NCBI GenBank assembly: GCA_963766715.1 | Contig: CAVYBH010000002.1 | Location: 96,001-160,000 of the forward strand | Direction: 5' to 3' | From: an uncultured delta proteobacterium | Lineage (GTDB): Bacteria > Myxococcota > Myxococcia > Myxococcales > Anaeromyxobacteraceae | Length of the DNA stretch: 64,000 bases | Shown here: in pieces, positions 45,441 through 55,497 of the stretch | How the letters are laid out: the number at the start of each line of letters is the position of its first letter | How positions within the stretch are numbered: the first letter of the stretch is position 1 | The notes under the pieces: model-generated | What the model saw: only the letters and a program-made list of their open reading frames with translations | Database searches by the model: none | What the model was told of the DNA's origin: nothing | Translations under genes and position numbers: made by a program

Positions 45441-47141
45441 CTACAGCACCTTGACCTTGGCGATCTCGGTTCCCTCGGCGTCGTGCGTGTGGATGGCGCA
45501 GGCGAGGCACGGATCGAAGGAGTGGATGGTGCGGAGCGCCTCGAGCGGCTTGTCGGGCTGGGCGATGGGGTTGCCCACCAGGGAGGCCTCGTAGGGGCCC
45601 ATCTGGTCCTTGCCGTCGCGAGGCCCGGCGTTCCAGGTGGAGGGCACCACGGCCTGGTAGTTCTTCAGCTTGCCGTTCTCGATGACCACCCAGTGCGAGA
45701 GGACGCCGCGGGGCGCCTCGTGCACGCCGTAGCCCTTGATCGTCCCGCTCGGGAACTTGGGCTCGACGTAGGTGGCCGTGTCACCCTTGCCGACGTTCTC
45801 GGCGAGCAGGCCCCAGTGCTTGTTGGCGAGGTCGGAGAGCACCGCCGCGCGGATGGCGCGCGCCGCGATCCGGCCCAGCGTCGACTCGAGCACGGCCGGG
45901 GTCAGCTTGGTCTTGGCCACGCTGCCGGCCACGTCGAGGCACCGGTTCGCCCACTTCTGGGTGAGCGCGTCCCCCTGCGCGTAGGCGATGAGCACCTCGG
46001 CGAGCGGGCCGACCTGCATCGGGCGACCCTCGAACCGCGGCGCCTTGACCCACGAGTACTTCTTGGCCGGATCCCAGGCGTTGTACTTGGGGTCGGTCGT
46101 CTCGTCGTAGGGGTGCTTGTCCCAGTTGCCGTCGTAGTAGGCGCGGGTGATGTCCTCGGTGACGTTCTTGCCGAAGTAGGGGTCCTTCCAGTCCTTGATC
46201 GGCTTCACGCCGGCGATGTCGCCGTTCAGGATCACGCCGCCCGGGGCGTCGAACTTGGTCGCCTTGGCGTCGGTGGGGAACTCGGGAACGCTCATGTAGT
46301 TCCGCACGCCCGCCCCGTACTTGAACCAGTCGGCGTACATGCCGCCGATGGCGCAGACGTCGGGGAAGTAGACCTGCTGGACGAACGCCGTCGCCTCGTC
46401 GAGCTTGGACTTCACCTCGAAGAGCTTGTTCATGTTGATGGTGGACGCCGAGTCCATGTTGATGGCGTTCGACACGCCACCCACGGCCAGGTTCTGGATG
46501 TTCGGCGTCTTGGAGCCGAGCACCGCCACCGCCTGCAGGGCCTTGCGCTGGTAGTCGAGGGCCTGGAGGTAGTGGGCCACGGCGAGCAGGTTCACCTCGG
46601 GCGGCAACCGCATGGCCGGGTGGCCCCAGTAGCCGTTGGTGAAGATGCCGAGCTGGCCCTTGCCCACGAAGTCCTTCAGCTTGGCCTGGACGGCCTTCAT
46701 CTCCTGGACGGAGTTGCCCGGCCAGTCGGAGAGGGACTGCGCGATGCTGGCGGCCTTGGCCGGATCGGCCTTCAGCGCCGAGACCACGTCCACCCAGTCG
46801 AGCGCGGACAGCTGGTAGAAGTGCACGATGTGGTCGTGCAGCGCGTGGCCGATCATGATCAGGTTGCGGATCAGCTGCGCGTTGAGCGGGATCTCGAGGT
46901 CGAGTGCGTTCTCCACCGCGCGGACCGACGCGATGCCGTGGACGGTGGTGCAGACGCCGCAGATGCGCTGGGCGAAGACCCAGGCCTCGCGCGGGTCGCG
47001 GCCCTGCAGGATGTTCTCGATGCCCCGCCACATGGTGCCGCTGGACCAGGCCTTGGACACCTTGCCGCCCTCGACCTCACAGTCGATGCGGAGGTGCCCC
47101 TCGATGCGGGTCACGGGGTCGATGGTGATGCGCTGGCTCAT
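45441..47141 (-). CDS. hybC: [NiFe]-hydrogenase large subunit (group 1, Hyd-2 type)
   Basis: DPVTRIEGH, L1 RICGVCTTVH and L2 FDPCLACAIH with a cleavable C-terminal extension. Confidence 0.97.
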   Translation of the reverse strand: MSQRITIDPVTRIEGHLRIDCEVEGGKVSKAWSSGTMWRGIENILQGRDPREAWVFAQRICGVCTTVHGIASVRAVENALDLEIPLNAQLIRNLIMIGHALHDHIVHFYQLSALDWVDVVSALKADPAKAASIAQSLSDWPGNSVQEMKAVQAKLKDFVGKGQLGIFTNGYWGHPAMRLPPEVNLLAVAHYLQALDYQRKALQAVAVLGSKTPNIQNLAVGGVSNAINMDSASTINMNKLFEVKSKLDEATAFVQQVYFPDVCAIGGMYADWFKYGAGVRNYMSVPEFPTDAKATKFDAPGGVILNGDIAGVKPIKDWKDPYFGKNVTEDITRAYYDGNWDKHPYDETTDPKYNAWDPAKKYSWVKAPRFEGRPMQVGPLAEVLIAYAQGDALTQKWANRCLDVAGSVAKTKLTPAVLESTLGRIAARAIRAAVLSDLANKHWGLLAENVGKGDTATYVEPKFPSGTIKGYGVHEAPRGVLSHWVVIENGKLKNYQAVVPSTWNAGPRDGKDQMGPYEASLVGNPIAQPDKPLEALRTIHSFDPCLACAIHTHDAEGTEIAKVKVL

Positions 47142-47183
47142 GAGCGAATTCCTCTTTCGATGAAGTCGGGTACAGGCCGACGG

Positions 47184-48371
47184 CTAGTGGTGTCCCGACT
47201 CCTCGCCGACGGCGAGGATGGGCAGTGTCTTGATGAGGAGGATGAAGCCTGCGGCGCCGAGCGCCGCCAGCCCCACCGTGACCAGGGTCTCCCCGATGCT
47301 GGGGAAGTACTTGGCGCCCGGGCCACCATCGTAGGCGATGAGGTAGGTGTCGAGGCGGTACGCCGCGCCTGCCAGCAGCGCCAGGATGCCCGCGGTGAAG
47401 AGCTTGCCGCGGCTCTGCCGGACGCTCTTCGACAGGAACATCAGGCCGGAGACGGTGAAGAGCGCCATCTCCATCCAGAAGAAGGGCACCTGCCACGTCC
47501 AGTGGAAGGCCGCCTGGATCCGCCCCGACCAGATCAGGTCGGCGAAGCGGAAGGCCACGTAGAAGAGGCTCACGCCGCCGGCGACCTTGCCGATGTCGCC
47601 GAGCAGCTTCATGTGCGAGTTGTACCGGCCCGGGAACATGGTTCCCAGGCCGATCTCGACGGCGGTGACCGACCCGTAGCCCATGGTGAGGCAGGACACG
47701 AGGAAGGTGAACCCCAGCCAGCCCGAGAACCAGAGCGCGTGCACCTTGGTGGGCGCCATCATGTAGAGCGCGCCCAGGGACGACTGGTGCATCGTCGGGA
47801 GCAGCATGGCGAGCGCGATGATGAAGGGGAGCGCCGTCTGCCATGATCGGCTGGTACTTGGCCGCGAACTGCTTCAGCTTGGGCGAGCTTCGCCGAGGCC
47901 CACCTGGTCGAGCAGGGCCGGCGTCACCTCCACCCAGAGCACGCCCACGTACGTGAGCACGCAGAGCGCGACCTCGAGGAGGATGGAGTTGAAGTTGTAC
48001 CAGGGCGGGTAGAAGAGGAAGACCGAGCCCCACCAGCGTCCCAGGTCGATCATGACCGAGGTGCCGCCGAGGCTGTAGCCGATGGCGCCCACCACCACGG
48101 CCGGGCGGACCAGCGGGTGGTACTTGCCCTTGTTCAGGATGTAGGTCAGCAGGCCGACGCCGTAGGCGCCGGCGCCGATGCCGGTGAACGTGACCACGTT
48201 GATCGGCTTCCAGATGCCCCAGCTGTACTGGTCGGTCAGGGCGGTGATGGAGCCCACGCCGGCGAAGAGCCGGTAGACGACCAGCACGCCGGCCACCGCG
48301 GCCAGCGCCAGCAGTCCGAGGACCACCGGGGTGAAGAGCTTGCCTCCCATGGGGCGGGCGTCGGCGCTCAC
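47184..48371 (-). CDS. hybB: NrfD-like membrane subunit of Hyd-2 (frame breaks near 47890 and 47840)
   Basis: KGKYHPLVRPA, DLGRWW, NFNSILLEVALC and LLPTMHQSSLG. Confidence 0.92.
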
Positions 48372-49288
48372 AGCTCCTCCTTCTTCTTGCCGTGTTCTGC
48401 CTTCCGCTCGGCGCTCATGTTCCGGAAGATGGTGACCGCAGCCGCCACGTAGAGCACGGCCGGGGCGATGAAGCCCTTGTAGGTGGTGTGCTGCACCGTC
48501 ATGGCGAGGCGCGAGGGCGGGACATCGGTGAGCTTCGGCAGGCCCAGGTCGGCGAAGTCGATGCCGGCGGCGGCCATGTACATGGACTGGTTCCCGCCTC
48601 CGTCATGCTCTCCGTAGATCTTGGGGTTGTACTTCTTGGGATTCGCCGCCATGCGCTTCTTGGCGGTGGCGAGGAGCTCCTCGCGCGTCCCGTAGATGAC
48701 GGCCTCGCGCGGGCAGACCTCGGCGCACGCCGAGCCCTGCTTCCCGTCCTTCCGCTCCAGGCAGAGGTCGCACTTGATGATGCGGGGCAGTGCGCTCATC
48801 CACTGGAACTTGGGGACGTTGTACGGGCAGGAGATCTGGCAGTACCGGCAGCCCGTGCAGCGGATCGGGTCCCAGGTCACCACGCCGTACTTCTTCTTCT
48901 GGAGCGAGCCGAGCATGCAGGCCTTCGTGCAGGAAGGCTCGAGGCACTGCATGCACTGCATCTTCATGAACGCCCAGCGGTCGCCCTTCTCGTGGAGCTT
49001 GATGACCGTGCGACAGTCGGCGTTGATGTCGGTGGGGAAGTCGTACGGCGCCCCGTTGATCTGCTTGACGCTCTTCTCGACCGGCATCTGGTTCGCCCGC
49101 TGGCAGGCGACCGTGCAGGTCTGGCATCCGATGCAGAGCGTGGAGTCGTAGAGCAGGCCACGGGCATCGGGGGGAACCGGAGGGGCTCCCTCGGTGCTGG
49201 CGGCCGCCGGGCGGGCCACGGTCGCGACGGCGCCGGCGGCGCCGCCCACGGCCAGGGTCTTGAGGAGCGTGCGTCGGGTGACGCTCAT
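48368..49288 (-). CDS. hybA: Tat-exported ferredoxin-like subunit with four Fe-S clusters
   Basis: TRRTLLK signal; CIGCQTC, CMQCLEPSC, CTGCRYC and KCDLC; C-terminal TM. Confidence 0.93.
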   Translation of the reverse strand: MSVTRRTLLKTLAVGGAAGAVATVARPAAASTEGAPPVPPDARGLLYDSTLCIGCQTCTVACQRANQMPVEKSVKQINGAPYDFPTDINADCRTVIKLHEKGDRWAFMKMQCMQCLEPSCTKACMLGSLQKKKYGVVTWDPIRCTGCRYCQISCPYNVPKFQWMSALPRIIKCDLCLERKDGKQGSACAEVCPREAVIYGTREELLATAKKRMAANPKKYNPKIYGEHDGGGNQSMYMAAAGIDFADLGLPKLTDVPPSRLAMTVQHTTYKGFIAPAVLYVAAAVTIFRNMSAERKAEHGKKKEEL

Positions 49289-50397
49289 GGCTTCTTCTCC
49301 TCGCGGGCCTCCCCATCGTCATCGACCTTGGAGAGCTTGGCTCCGTAGGCGATGCCGGCGCCGACCAGCGCGCCGCCCACGAGCCCGGCGACGCCGGTGG
49401 CGGCAGGGCTGATGGTCCCGGACTGGGGATCGATGGGGGTGTACATCGCCGGGGGCGTCGGCCCCTGGACGTCGATGGTGGAGAACAGCGGCATGGTGAA
49501 GCCGATGCCCTTCTCGGAGCAGCCGAAGCACTGCGCGCCGATGCCGATGGGCCAGGCGCCCACCGTGTCCACGTAGGACAGGAGCGAGCAGTTGTTCGGC
49601 GTCTTCGGGCCCTTGCAGCCGATCTTGTAGAGGCACCAGCCCTGGCGGGCGCCCTCGTCGCCGTAGCGCTGCACGAAGCGGCCGGCGTCGAAGTGCGGCC
49701 GGCGCGGGCAGTCGTCGTGGATGTTGCGGGCGTAGGCGAACTTGGGCCGGCCCTTGTCGTCGAGGGCCGGCAGCGTCCCGAAGGTCGCGAACTGGAGGAC
49801 CGTCCCGAGCAGGTTGTACGGGTTGGCCGGGCAGCCCGGGATGTTCACGATGGGCTTGTTGCGGAGGACGTCCGAGACGCCCGACGCCCCGGTGGGGTTG
49901 GGCGAGGCGGAGGGGACGCCGCCCCAGGAGGCGCACGACCCGATGGCGATGACCGCCGCGGCGTGGCCGGCGATCTCCTTCGTCATCTCCAGCGCGGTCT
50001 TGTCGGCGATGCGGCAGAAGTTGCCGTCGTCCTTGACCGGGATGGCGCCCTCGATCACGCAGATGTACTTGCCGTCATTCTCCTTGACCGCTGCATGGAG
50101 CGCCGCCTCGGCCTGGTGGCCGGCGGCTGCCATGAGCGTCTCCGTGTAGTCGAGGGAGATGAGGTCGAGGATGACCTGGGCCACGTCCGGGTGACCGGTG
50201 CGGAGCAACGACTCCGTGCACCCGGTGCACTCCTGGAACTGGAGCCAGATCACCGACGGCTTCTTCTTCTGGACCGTGGCGGCCATCTTCTCGGCCGCAG
50301 AGGCCGGGAGGCCGACTGCGGCCGCGGCGAGGCTGCACACCTTGAGGAAGTCTCGCCGGGAGACCGAGCTGAATTGAGTAGGGGACCGGTTGAGCAT
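49285..50397 (-). CDS. hybO: [NiFe]-hydrogenase small subunit with Tat signal and C-terminal anchor
   Basis: SRRDFLK, QECTGC, GSCASWGG, PGCP, HDDC, CLYKIGCKGP and CFGC. Confidence 0.96.
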   Translation of the reverse strand: MLNRSPTQFSSVSRRDFLKVCSLAAAAVGLPASAAEKMAATVQKKKPSVIWLQFQECTGCTESLLRTGHPDVAQVILDLISLDYTETLMAAAGHQAEAALHAAVKENDGKYICVIEGAIPVKDDGNFCRIADKTALEMTKEIAGHAAAVIAIGSCASWGGVPSASPNPTGASGVSDVLRNKPIVNIPGCPANPYNLLGTVLQFATFGTLPALDDKGRPKFAYARNIHDDCPRRPHFDAGRFVQRYGDEGARQGWCLYKIGCKGPKTPNNCSLLSYVDTVGAWPIGIGAQCFGCSEKGIGFTMPLFSTIDVQGPTPPAMYTPIDPQSGTISPAATGVAGLVGGALVGAGIAYGAKLSKVDDDGEAREEKKP

Positions 50398-50453
50398 CTA
50401 GCTGCCTCCGTCACGAAATCATTGCGTTGCGTCCAAAGCCGCTGATTTCGTTA

Positions 50454-50468
50454 TCAAGATGCGTGCCG
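50454..50468 (-). promoter_or_regulatory. Candidate sigma-54 promoter of the hyb operon (CGGCACGCATCTTGA on minus strand)
   Basis: GGCAC-N5-TTG spacing is correct, but the -12 element reads GA instead of GC. Confidence 0.45.
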
Positions 50469-50688
50469 GAAACCGATTTGCGTCACCTGCCTGGGGGAAA
50501 GAGTCCCGAGAGACCCGCGCCTTAACGCAAACCAGGGGCTAATGACGCACCTGGGCGCAGCCGGTGCGTGATTTCCCCCCGTGCCCCTCCGGCGGGTGTG
50601 CCGTGGCGCGCAGGCGATGCGCCCTCGTTCACTCGATGTACCATCCGGGTCTCGACACTTCGAGGGAACCCATGGCAACAAGGCGCCC

Positions 50689-51459
50689 ATGCGCAGGGTG
50701 ATCGTGGACATCGACGAGACAAGGTGTGACGGCTGCGGGGAGTGCGTCCCTTCGTGCGCCGAGGGCGCGATACGGATCGTGAACGGCAAGGCGAAGCTGG
50801 TCGGCGACGAGCTCTGCGACGGCCTCGGGGCCTGCCTGGGCGAGTGCCCGCAGGGCGCCATCCGCACGCTCGAGCGCGACGCGTCCCCCTTCGACGAGGC
50901 CGCGGTCGCGCGGCACCTCGGCGCCGCCGCGCACGCCGCCCGTCCTGCGCCGCCGCCCGCCGCCGCGCCCCGCCGTTCACTTTCGGTCGTGCAGGCCGCC
51001 GCCGAAGCTCCGTCCGGGGGTTGTCCAGGGGCTCGCAGCGTCGACCTGGGGCCGAAGGCGCCGCCCCGCCCCGGTTCCGACGCGGCCGGCGCGAGCCAGC
51101 TCAGCCACTGGCCGGTGCAGCTCGGCCTCGTCTCCCCGCGCGCTCCCTGGCTCGCCGGCGCGGACATCCTCCTCGCGGCCGACTGCGTGCCCTTCGCCTA
51201 CGCCGACTTCCACCGGGACCTGCTCGCAGGCAGGCGCGTGCTCGTCGGGTGCCCGAAGCTGGACGACGTCCAGGCGTACGTGGTGAAGCTCACCGAGCTC
51301 TTCCAGGCGGCCAGGCCGCGCAGCGTGACGGTCGCGAAGATGGAGGTCCCGTGCTGCGGCGGGATCGCCTGGGCCGCGCGGGAGGCGATGCGCCTCTCCG
51401 GGGTGGCGGCGCCCGTCGCCGACGTCACCATCGGCGTGGCGGGCACGCGGCTGGCCTGA
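50689..51459 (+). CDS. 4Fe-4S ferredoxin-domain protein with Cys-rich C-terminal domain
   Basis: CDGCGECVPSC and CDGLGACLGECP, then GCPG, WPVQL, AADC, GCPKLD and EVPCC. Confidence 0.88.
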   Translation: MRRVIVDIDETRCDGCGECVPSCAEGAIRIVNGKAKLVGDELCDGLGACLGECPQGAIRTLERDASPFDEAAVARHLGAAAHAARPAPPPAAAPRRSLSVVQAAAEAPSGGCPGARSVDLGPKAPPRPGSDAAGASQLSHWPVQLGLVSPRAPWLAGADILLAADCVPFAYADFHRDLLAGRRVLVGCPKLDDVQAYVVKLTELFQAARPRSVTVAKMEVPCCGGIAWAAREAMRLSGVAAPVADVTIGVAGTRLA

Positions 51460-51538
51460 GCATCCGTGCGCGCCCGTGCGCGCATGGACTAGAATCGTTC
51501 CCATGGGCTGCCGGGTGGCGGCTCGCCGGGAGGTTCAC

Positions 51539-51886
51539 ATGAAGTGGCCGCGTCCAGTCGCCGTCGTCCTCGCAGCCGGTGCCATCGGGCTCGCCGGGCC
51601 CGCGTCCGGGGCCGACGACCCGGGTGTCGTTCCCTTCGATCTCGAGGTGGGCGAGGCGAGGAGGATCAGCTCCGGGCCGGTTCGCGAGCTCATCTGCGAC
51701 CAGGGCGGGCTCGTCGAGCCCGGCTTCACCGACTCGGGGGTCGTGCTGAAGGGGCTCCGGGCCGGGACCACGCTCTGCTCGTTCCGCGACGCGGCCTCGA
51801 TCCGGACGGTCCTCCGGGTCACGGTGCTCGCGGCGGCCCCTCGTCCCTCCCCGCCGCAGGGATCCCCCGCGCCCGGAGACAGGTAG
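51539..51886 (+). CDS. Small secreted protein, possibly pilus-formation N-terminal (Ig-like) domain
   Basis: GGAGG RBS, signal peptide, LEVGE...LKGLRAGTT...VTV pattern. Confidence 0.55.
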   Translation: MKWPRPVAVVLAAGAIGLAGPASGADDPGVVPFDLEVGEARRISSGPVRELICDQGGLVEPGFTDSGVVLKGLRAGTTLCSFRDAASIRTVLRVTVLAAAPRPSPPQGSPAPGDR

Positions 51887-51903
51887 CGCGACCGGGCGAC
51901 CGC

Positions 51904-52332
51904 ATGGGGGACTGGAAGCGGATCGGCTGTGCCGTCGACTTCTCCGACGGGTCGCGCGGCGCGCTGGCCGAGGCGGAGTCCCTGGCGCGCCGGTACGGCG
52001 CCGATCTCGTCCTGATCCACGTCGCCGAGCCGCCCTCCGGGAGCGACCTCCCGCCGCCGGACAGCGCGATCGAGGCCATGCGGAGGGAGCAGGCTGCCAC
52101 GCTCGAGGCCTGGAGGGCCGCGTCGGAGCGAGGGATGGGGCGCCCGGTGGAGGCGGTGCTCCTCGACGGGCCCGCCGCGCCGGCGATCGCGCGCGCCGCC
52201 GGCGACCGCCGGGTCGACCTCCTCGTGGCCGCGACCCACGGCCGGCGCGGGTTCCGCCACCTGGTGCTCGGCTCGGTGGCCGAGCGGCTGGTCCACCTGG
52301 CGCCGTGCTCCGTCCTGGTGTTCCGGACGTGA
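51904..52332 (+). CDS. Universal stress protein
   Basis: AVDFS, LIHV and DLLVAATHGRRG...LGSVAERLV-x2-APCSVL. Confidence 0.93.
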   Translation: MGDWKRIGCAVDFSDGSRGALAEAESLARRYGADLVLIHVAEPPSGSDLPPPDSAIEAMRREQAATLEAWRAASERGMGRPVEAVLLDGPAAPAIARAAGDRRVDLLVAATHGRRGFRHLVLGSVAERLVHLAPCSVLVFRT

Positions 52333-53754
52333 CCTCCTCGGCCGCGCTCGTCGCGCTCCTCGCCTGGGCCGCCGCGCCGATCCCCGCTCCAGACCGAGGT
52401 CGACTGGCTCCGTCCGGCGCGGACGCCTCCCGCATCGTCGCCGAGGCGCTCGAGGGGAGGTCGTACGACGTCCTGGCCCAGCTCACCGACGGCGTCGGGG
52501 CGCGGCTGGCGGGATCGGCAGGGCTGGAGGCCGCGATCCGATGGAGCGCCGGGTGGTTCCGGGCCCAGGGCATTCCGGTGCGCCTCGAGCCGGTGCTGGT
52601 CCAGCACTGGATTCGCGGGGTCGAGCGGGCCGAGGTGGTCCCGAGGGGAGGGGGCCGCCCGCAGCCGCTGGCCGTCACCGCGCTGGGAATGAGCGCGCCC
52701 ACCCGGCCCAAGGGGCTCGAGGCGGAGGTGATCGAGGTCCGGAGCCTGGAGGAGCTCGCCGCCCTCGGCCCCCGGGTGAAGGGCCGGATCGTCCTCTTCC
52801 AGCACGACATGCGCGACGCGGCCGGCTACGGCAAGTACGCCGGCCTTCGATTGCGGGGGCCCGCGGCCGCCGCGCGCCAGGGCGCCGCCGCCGCGCTGGT
52901 CCGGTCGCTCTCCACCGCCACCTTCCGCCTCCCGCACACGGGGACCACGCTCTTCCCGCCCGGCGAGGCCGGCCATCCCGGCGGCCGCGATCGCCGTCGA
53001 GGACGCCGAGCTCCTCCACCGGCTGCTCGGCCGGGGCCCGGTGCGCGTCCGGCTGGTCCTCGGCGGGCGCCTCGCGGACCCGCCGCTCGCCCCGTCCTCC
53101 AACGTGGTGGCGGAGATCCGGGGCACCGACCGGCCCGAGGAGGTGGTGGTGATCGGCGCCCACCTCGATGCGTGGGACCTGGGAACCGGCGCGATCGACG
53201 ACGGCGCCGGGGTCGCCATGGTCCTCGACACCATGCGCATCGTCGCCTCGATGCCCCGGCCCCCCCGGCGCACGCTGCGCGCCGTGCTCTTCGCGAACGA
53301 GGAGAACGGCGCCGAGGGAGGGGTCGCCTACCACGAGTCGAGCCTGGCGGCGGGGACGCGGCACGTGGCGGCGATGGAGGCCGACTCGGGGGCGGGCCGG
53401 CCCACCGGCGTGCAAGTGACCGCGGGGCCCGGCGGGGTCGACGCCGTTCGCACGATGGCGGCCGCGCTCGCGGCCCTGGGCGCCGCCGAGGTGAAGGAGG
53501 GTGGGGGAGGCGTCGACATCTCCCCGCTCGCCTGGGCCGGCGTCCCGCTCCTCTCCATCGCCCAGGACACCTCCCGCTACTTCGATTTCCACCACAGCGC
53601 GGCGGACACCCTCGACAAGGTCGACCCGCGAGCGCTCGCCGAGGCCACGGCGGCCTTCGCCTGGATGGCCTGGGCGCTGGCCGACGGCCCGACCCCCCTG
53701 CCGCGCCCGCCCCTCCCGGAACAGCCTCCCTGGTGGAAGCGCGCCACGCGCTGA
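52329..53754 (+). CDS. Secreted M28 peptidase, carboxypeptidase Q-like with PA domain (frame break near 52970)
   Basis: GARLAGS, PHTG, GAHLDAWD, GAIDDGAG, NEENG, EAD and HHSAADT. Confidence 0.9.
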
Positions 53755-53772
53755 TTATGATCCTCGCCGGTC

Positions 53773-54722
53773 ATGCGAGGCTCCGGTCCCAACGATCCCT
53801 GCTGGTGCGGCAGCGGAAAGAAGTACAAGAAGTGCCACCGCGACGCGGACGCGGAGGCGCCCCCCGCGGGCGCCACCGTCCGTCCGGGCAAGGTCACGCC
53901 CATGCGCACGGTGCCCGAGTCCATCCCGCATCCCTCCTACGCGAAGACCGGGCGCCCGCGCGCCACCGTCCGCATCGCCGATCCCGGAGGAGCGCGATCG
54001 CCCGGATGCGGCGCGCCGGGCGCGCGGCGGCCGAGGTGCTCGCCGAGCTGTCCCGTGCGGCCAGGCCTGGCGTCACCACCGAGGACCTCGACGTCATCGC
54101 CCACGAGGCGTGCATCGCCCGGGGCGCCTACCCCAGCCCGCTCAACTACCACGGCTTCCCGAAGGCCATCTGCACCTCGGTGAACGACGTGATCCTGCAC
54201 GGCATCCCCGACAGCAGGCCCCTCCAGGAAGGGGACATCGTCAGCCTCGACGTGACGCTGTTCCTCGACGGCGTGCACGGCGACTGCTGCGCCACCGTGC
54301 CGGTGGGGCGCATCGACGAGGAGTCGCGGCGCCTGCTGCGCGTGGCCGAGGAGTGCATGATGAAGGGGATCGGGGCGGTCCTCCCGGGCCGGCCGGTCTC
54401 GGACATCGGAAGGGCCGTCGAGCAGCACGCCACGGCGCACGGCTACGGCGTGGTCCGCTCCTTCTGCGGGCACGGCATCGGCGAGGACTTCCACGCCGAG
54501 CCCCAGGTCCTCCACTACTTCGATCCCCGGGCGCGCGACGTCATCCGCGAGGGCATGACCTTCACGGTCGAGCCCATGATCACCATGGGGAACGAGCGGC
54601 ACGTGCTGTGGCCCGACGGCTGGACCGCGGCCACGGCCGACGGCAAGCGGGCCGCCCAGTTCGAGCACACCCTCCTCGTCACCCCCGCGGGCGCCGAGAT
54701 CCTCACCGCGCTGCCGACCTGA
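53773..54722 (+). CDS. map: Methionine aminopeptidase type I with N-terminal SEC-C motif (frame break near 53990)
   Basis: NDPCWCGSGKKYKKCH; CTSVN, HGIP, DVT, GHGIG, EPM and QFEHT. Confidence 0.93.
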
Positions 54723-54728
54723 GCCCGG

Positions 54729-55481
54729 TCAGGCGGGCGCGGCGCCGCCGCGGCGGAGCCACTGCTCCGCCTGGGCCACCACGAACGGAACGGCGACGTC
54801 GACCCGGAGCGGCCGGGGGCCGAGCGAGACGGGGGCGAAGCCGCGGGAGGCGAGCGTCTCCGCCTCGTAGGTGGTGAACCCGCCCTCGGGCCCGATGGCG
54901 GCGACGGCCTCTGCGCCCCCGGGGGAGACGAGGTCGATCGGACCGGGCGCTCCGGGGTGGGCGAGCAGCCGGCGGAGGAGCGACGGGGGGAAGATGGCGT
55001 CCAGCTCGTCCTCCACGAACGGCTTGAAGAACCGGTGGAGCGTCACCCGGGGCGGGCGGGTGTCCTTTCCCTGCTCCAGGCCGCTCCGGAGCTCGGCCTG
55101 CATCGCCTCCGGCTCGAGGAGCGGCGACCCGAAGTAGCTCTTCTCGACCCGGTAGGTGCCGACGAGCGCGACCCGCTTCACGCCCATGGAGGCCACTGCC
55201 TGGAGGACCTTCCGGAGGATCTTCGGCCGGGGGAGGGCGAGCAGGAGCGCCACCGGCGAGGGAGGAGGGGGATCGGCGGAGAGGTGGAAGGCGAGGAGCA
55301 CCTCGTCGACCGACGCCGCGAGGATCTCCCCCTCGCCGATCAGGCCGCCCAGGAGCCCCACGGCGATGCGGTCCCCCGGTCCGGCGCGCAGCACCTCCAC
55401 CACGTGGCGCGCCCGGCGGCCGCGGACCCGGGCGCGATCGGCCGTTTCCAGGTCGACTTCGTCGAGGAGCAGGAGGTTCAA
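54729..55481 (-). CDS. rsmE: 16S rRNA m3U1498 methyltransferase-like (SPOUT)
   Basis: HVVEVLR, LPRPK, EQ, IGPEGGF and SLGPRPLRV. Confidence 0.88.
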   Translation of the reverse strand: MNLLLLDEVDLETADRARVRGRRARHVVEVLRAGPGDRIAVGLLGGLIGEGEILAASVDEVLLAFHLSADPPPPSPVALLLALPRPKILRKVLQAVASMGVKRVALVGTYRVEKSYFGSPLLEPEAMQAELRSGLEQGKDTRPPRVTLHRFFKPFVEDELDAIFPPSLLRRLLAHPGAPGPIDLVSPGGAEAVAAIGPEGGFTTYEAETLASRGFAPVSLGPRPLRVDVAVPFVVAQAEQWLRRGGAAPA

Positions 55482-55497
55482 GGTGTACGATGTCCCG

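Noticed and set aside
45441..45520. Selenocysteine ([NiFeSe]) hydrogenase, with the downstream hairpin as SECIS
   Set aside because: The L2 motif is DPCLAC with Cys codons and there is no in-frame TGA.
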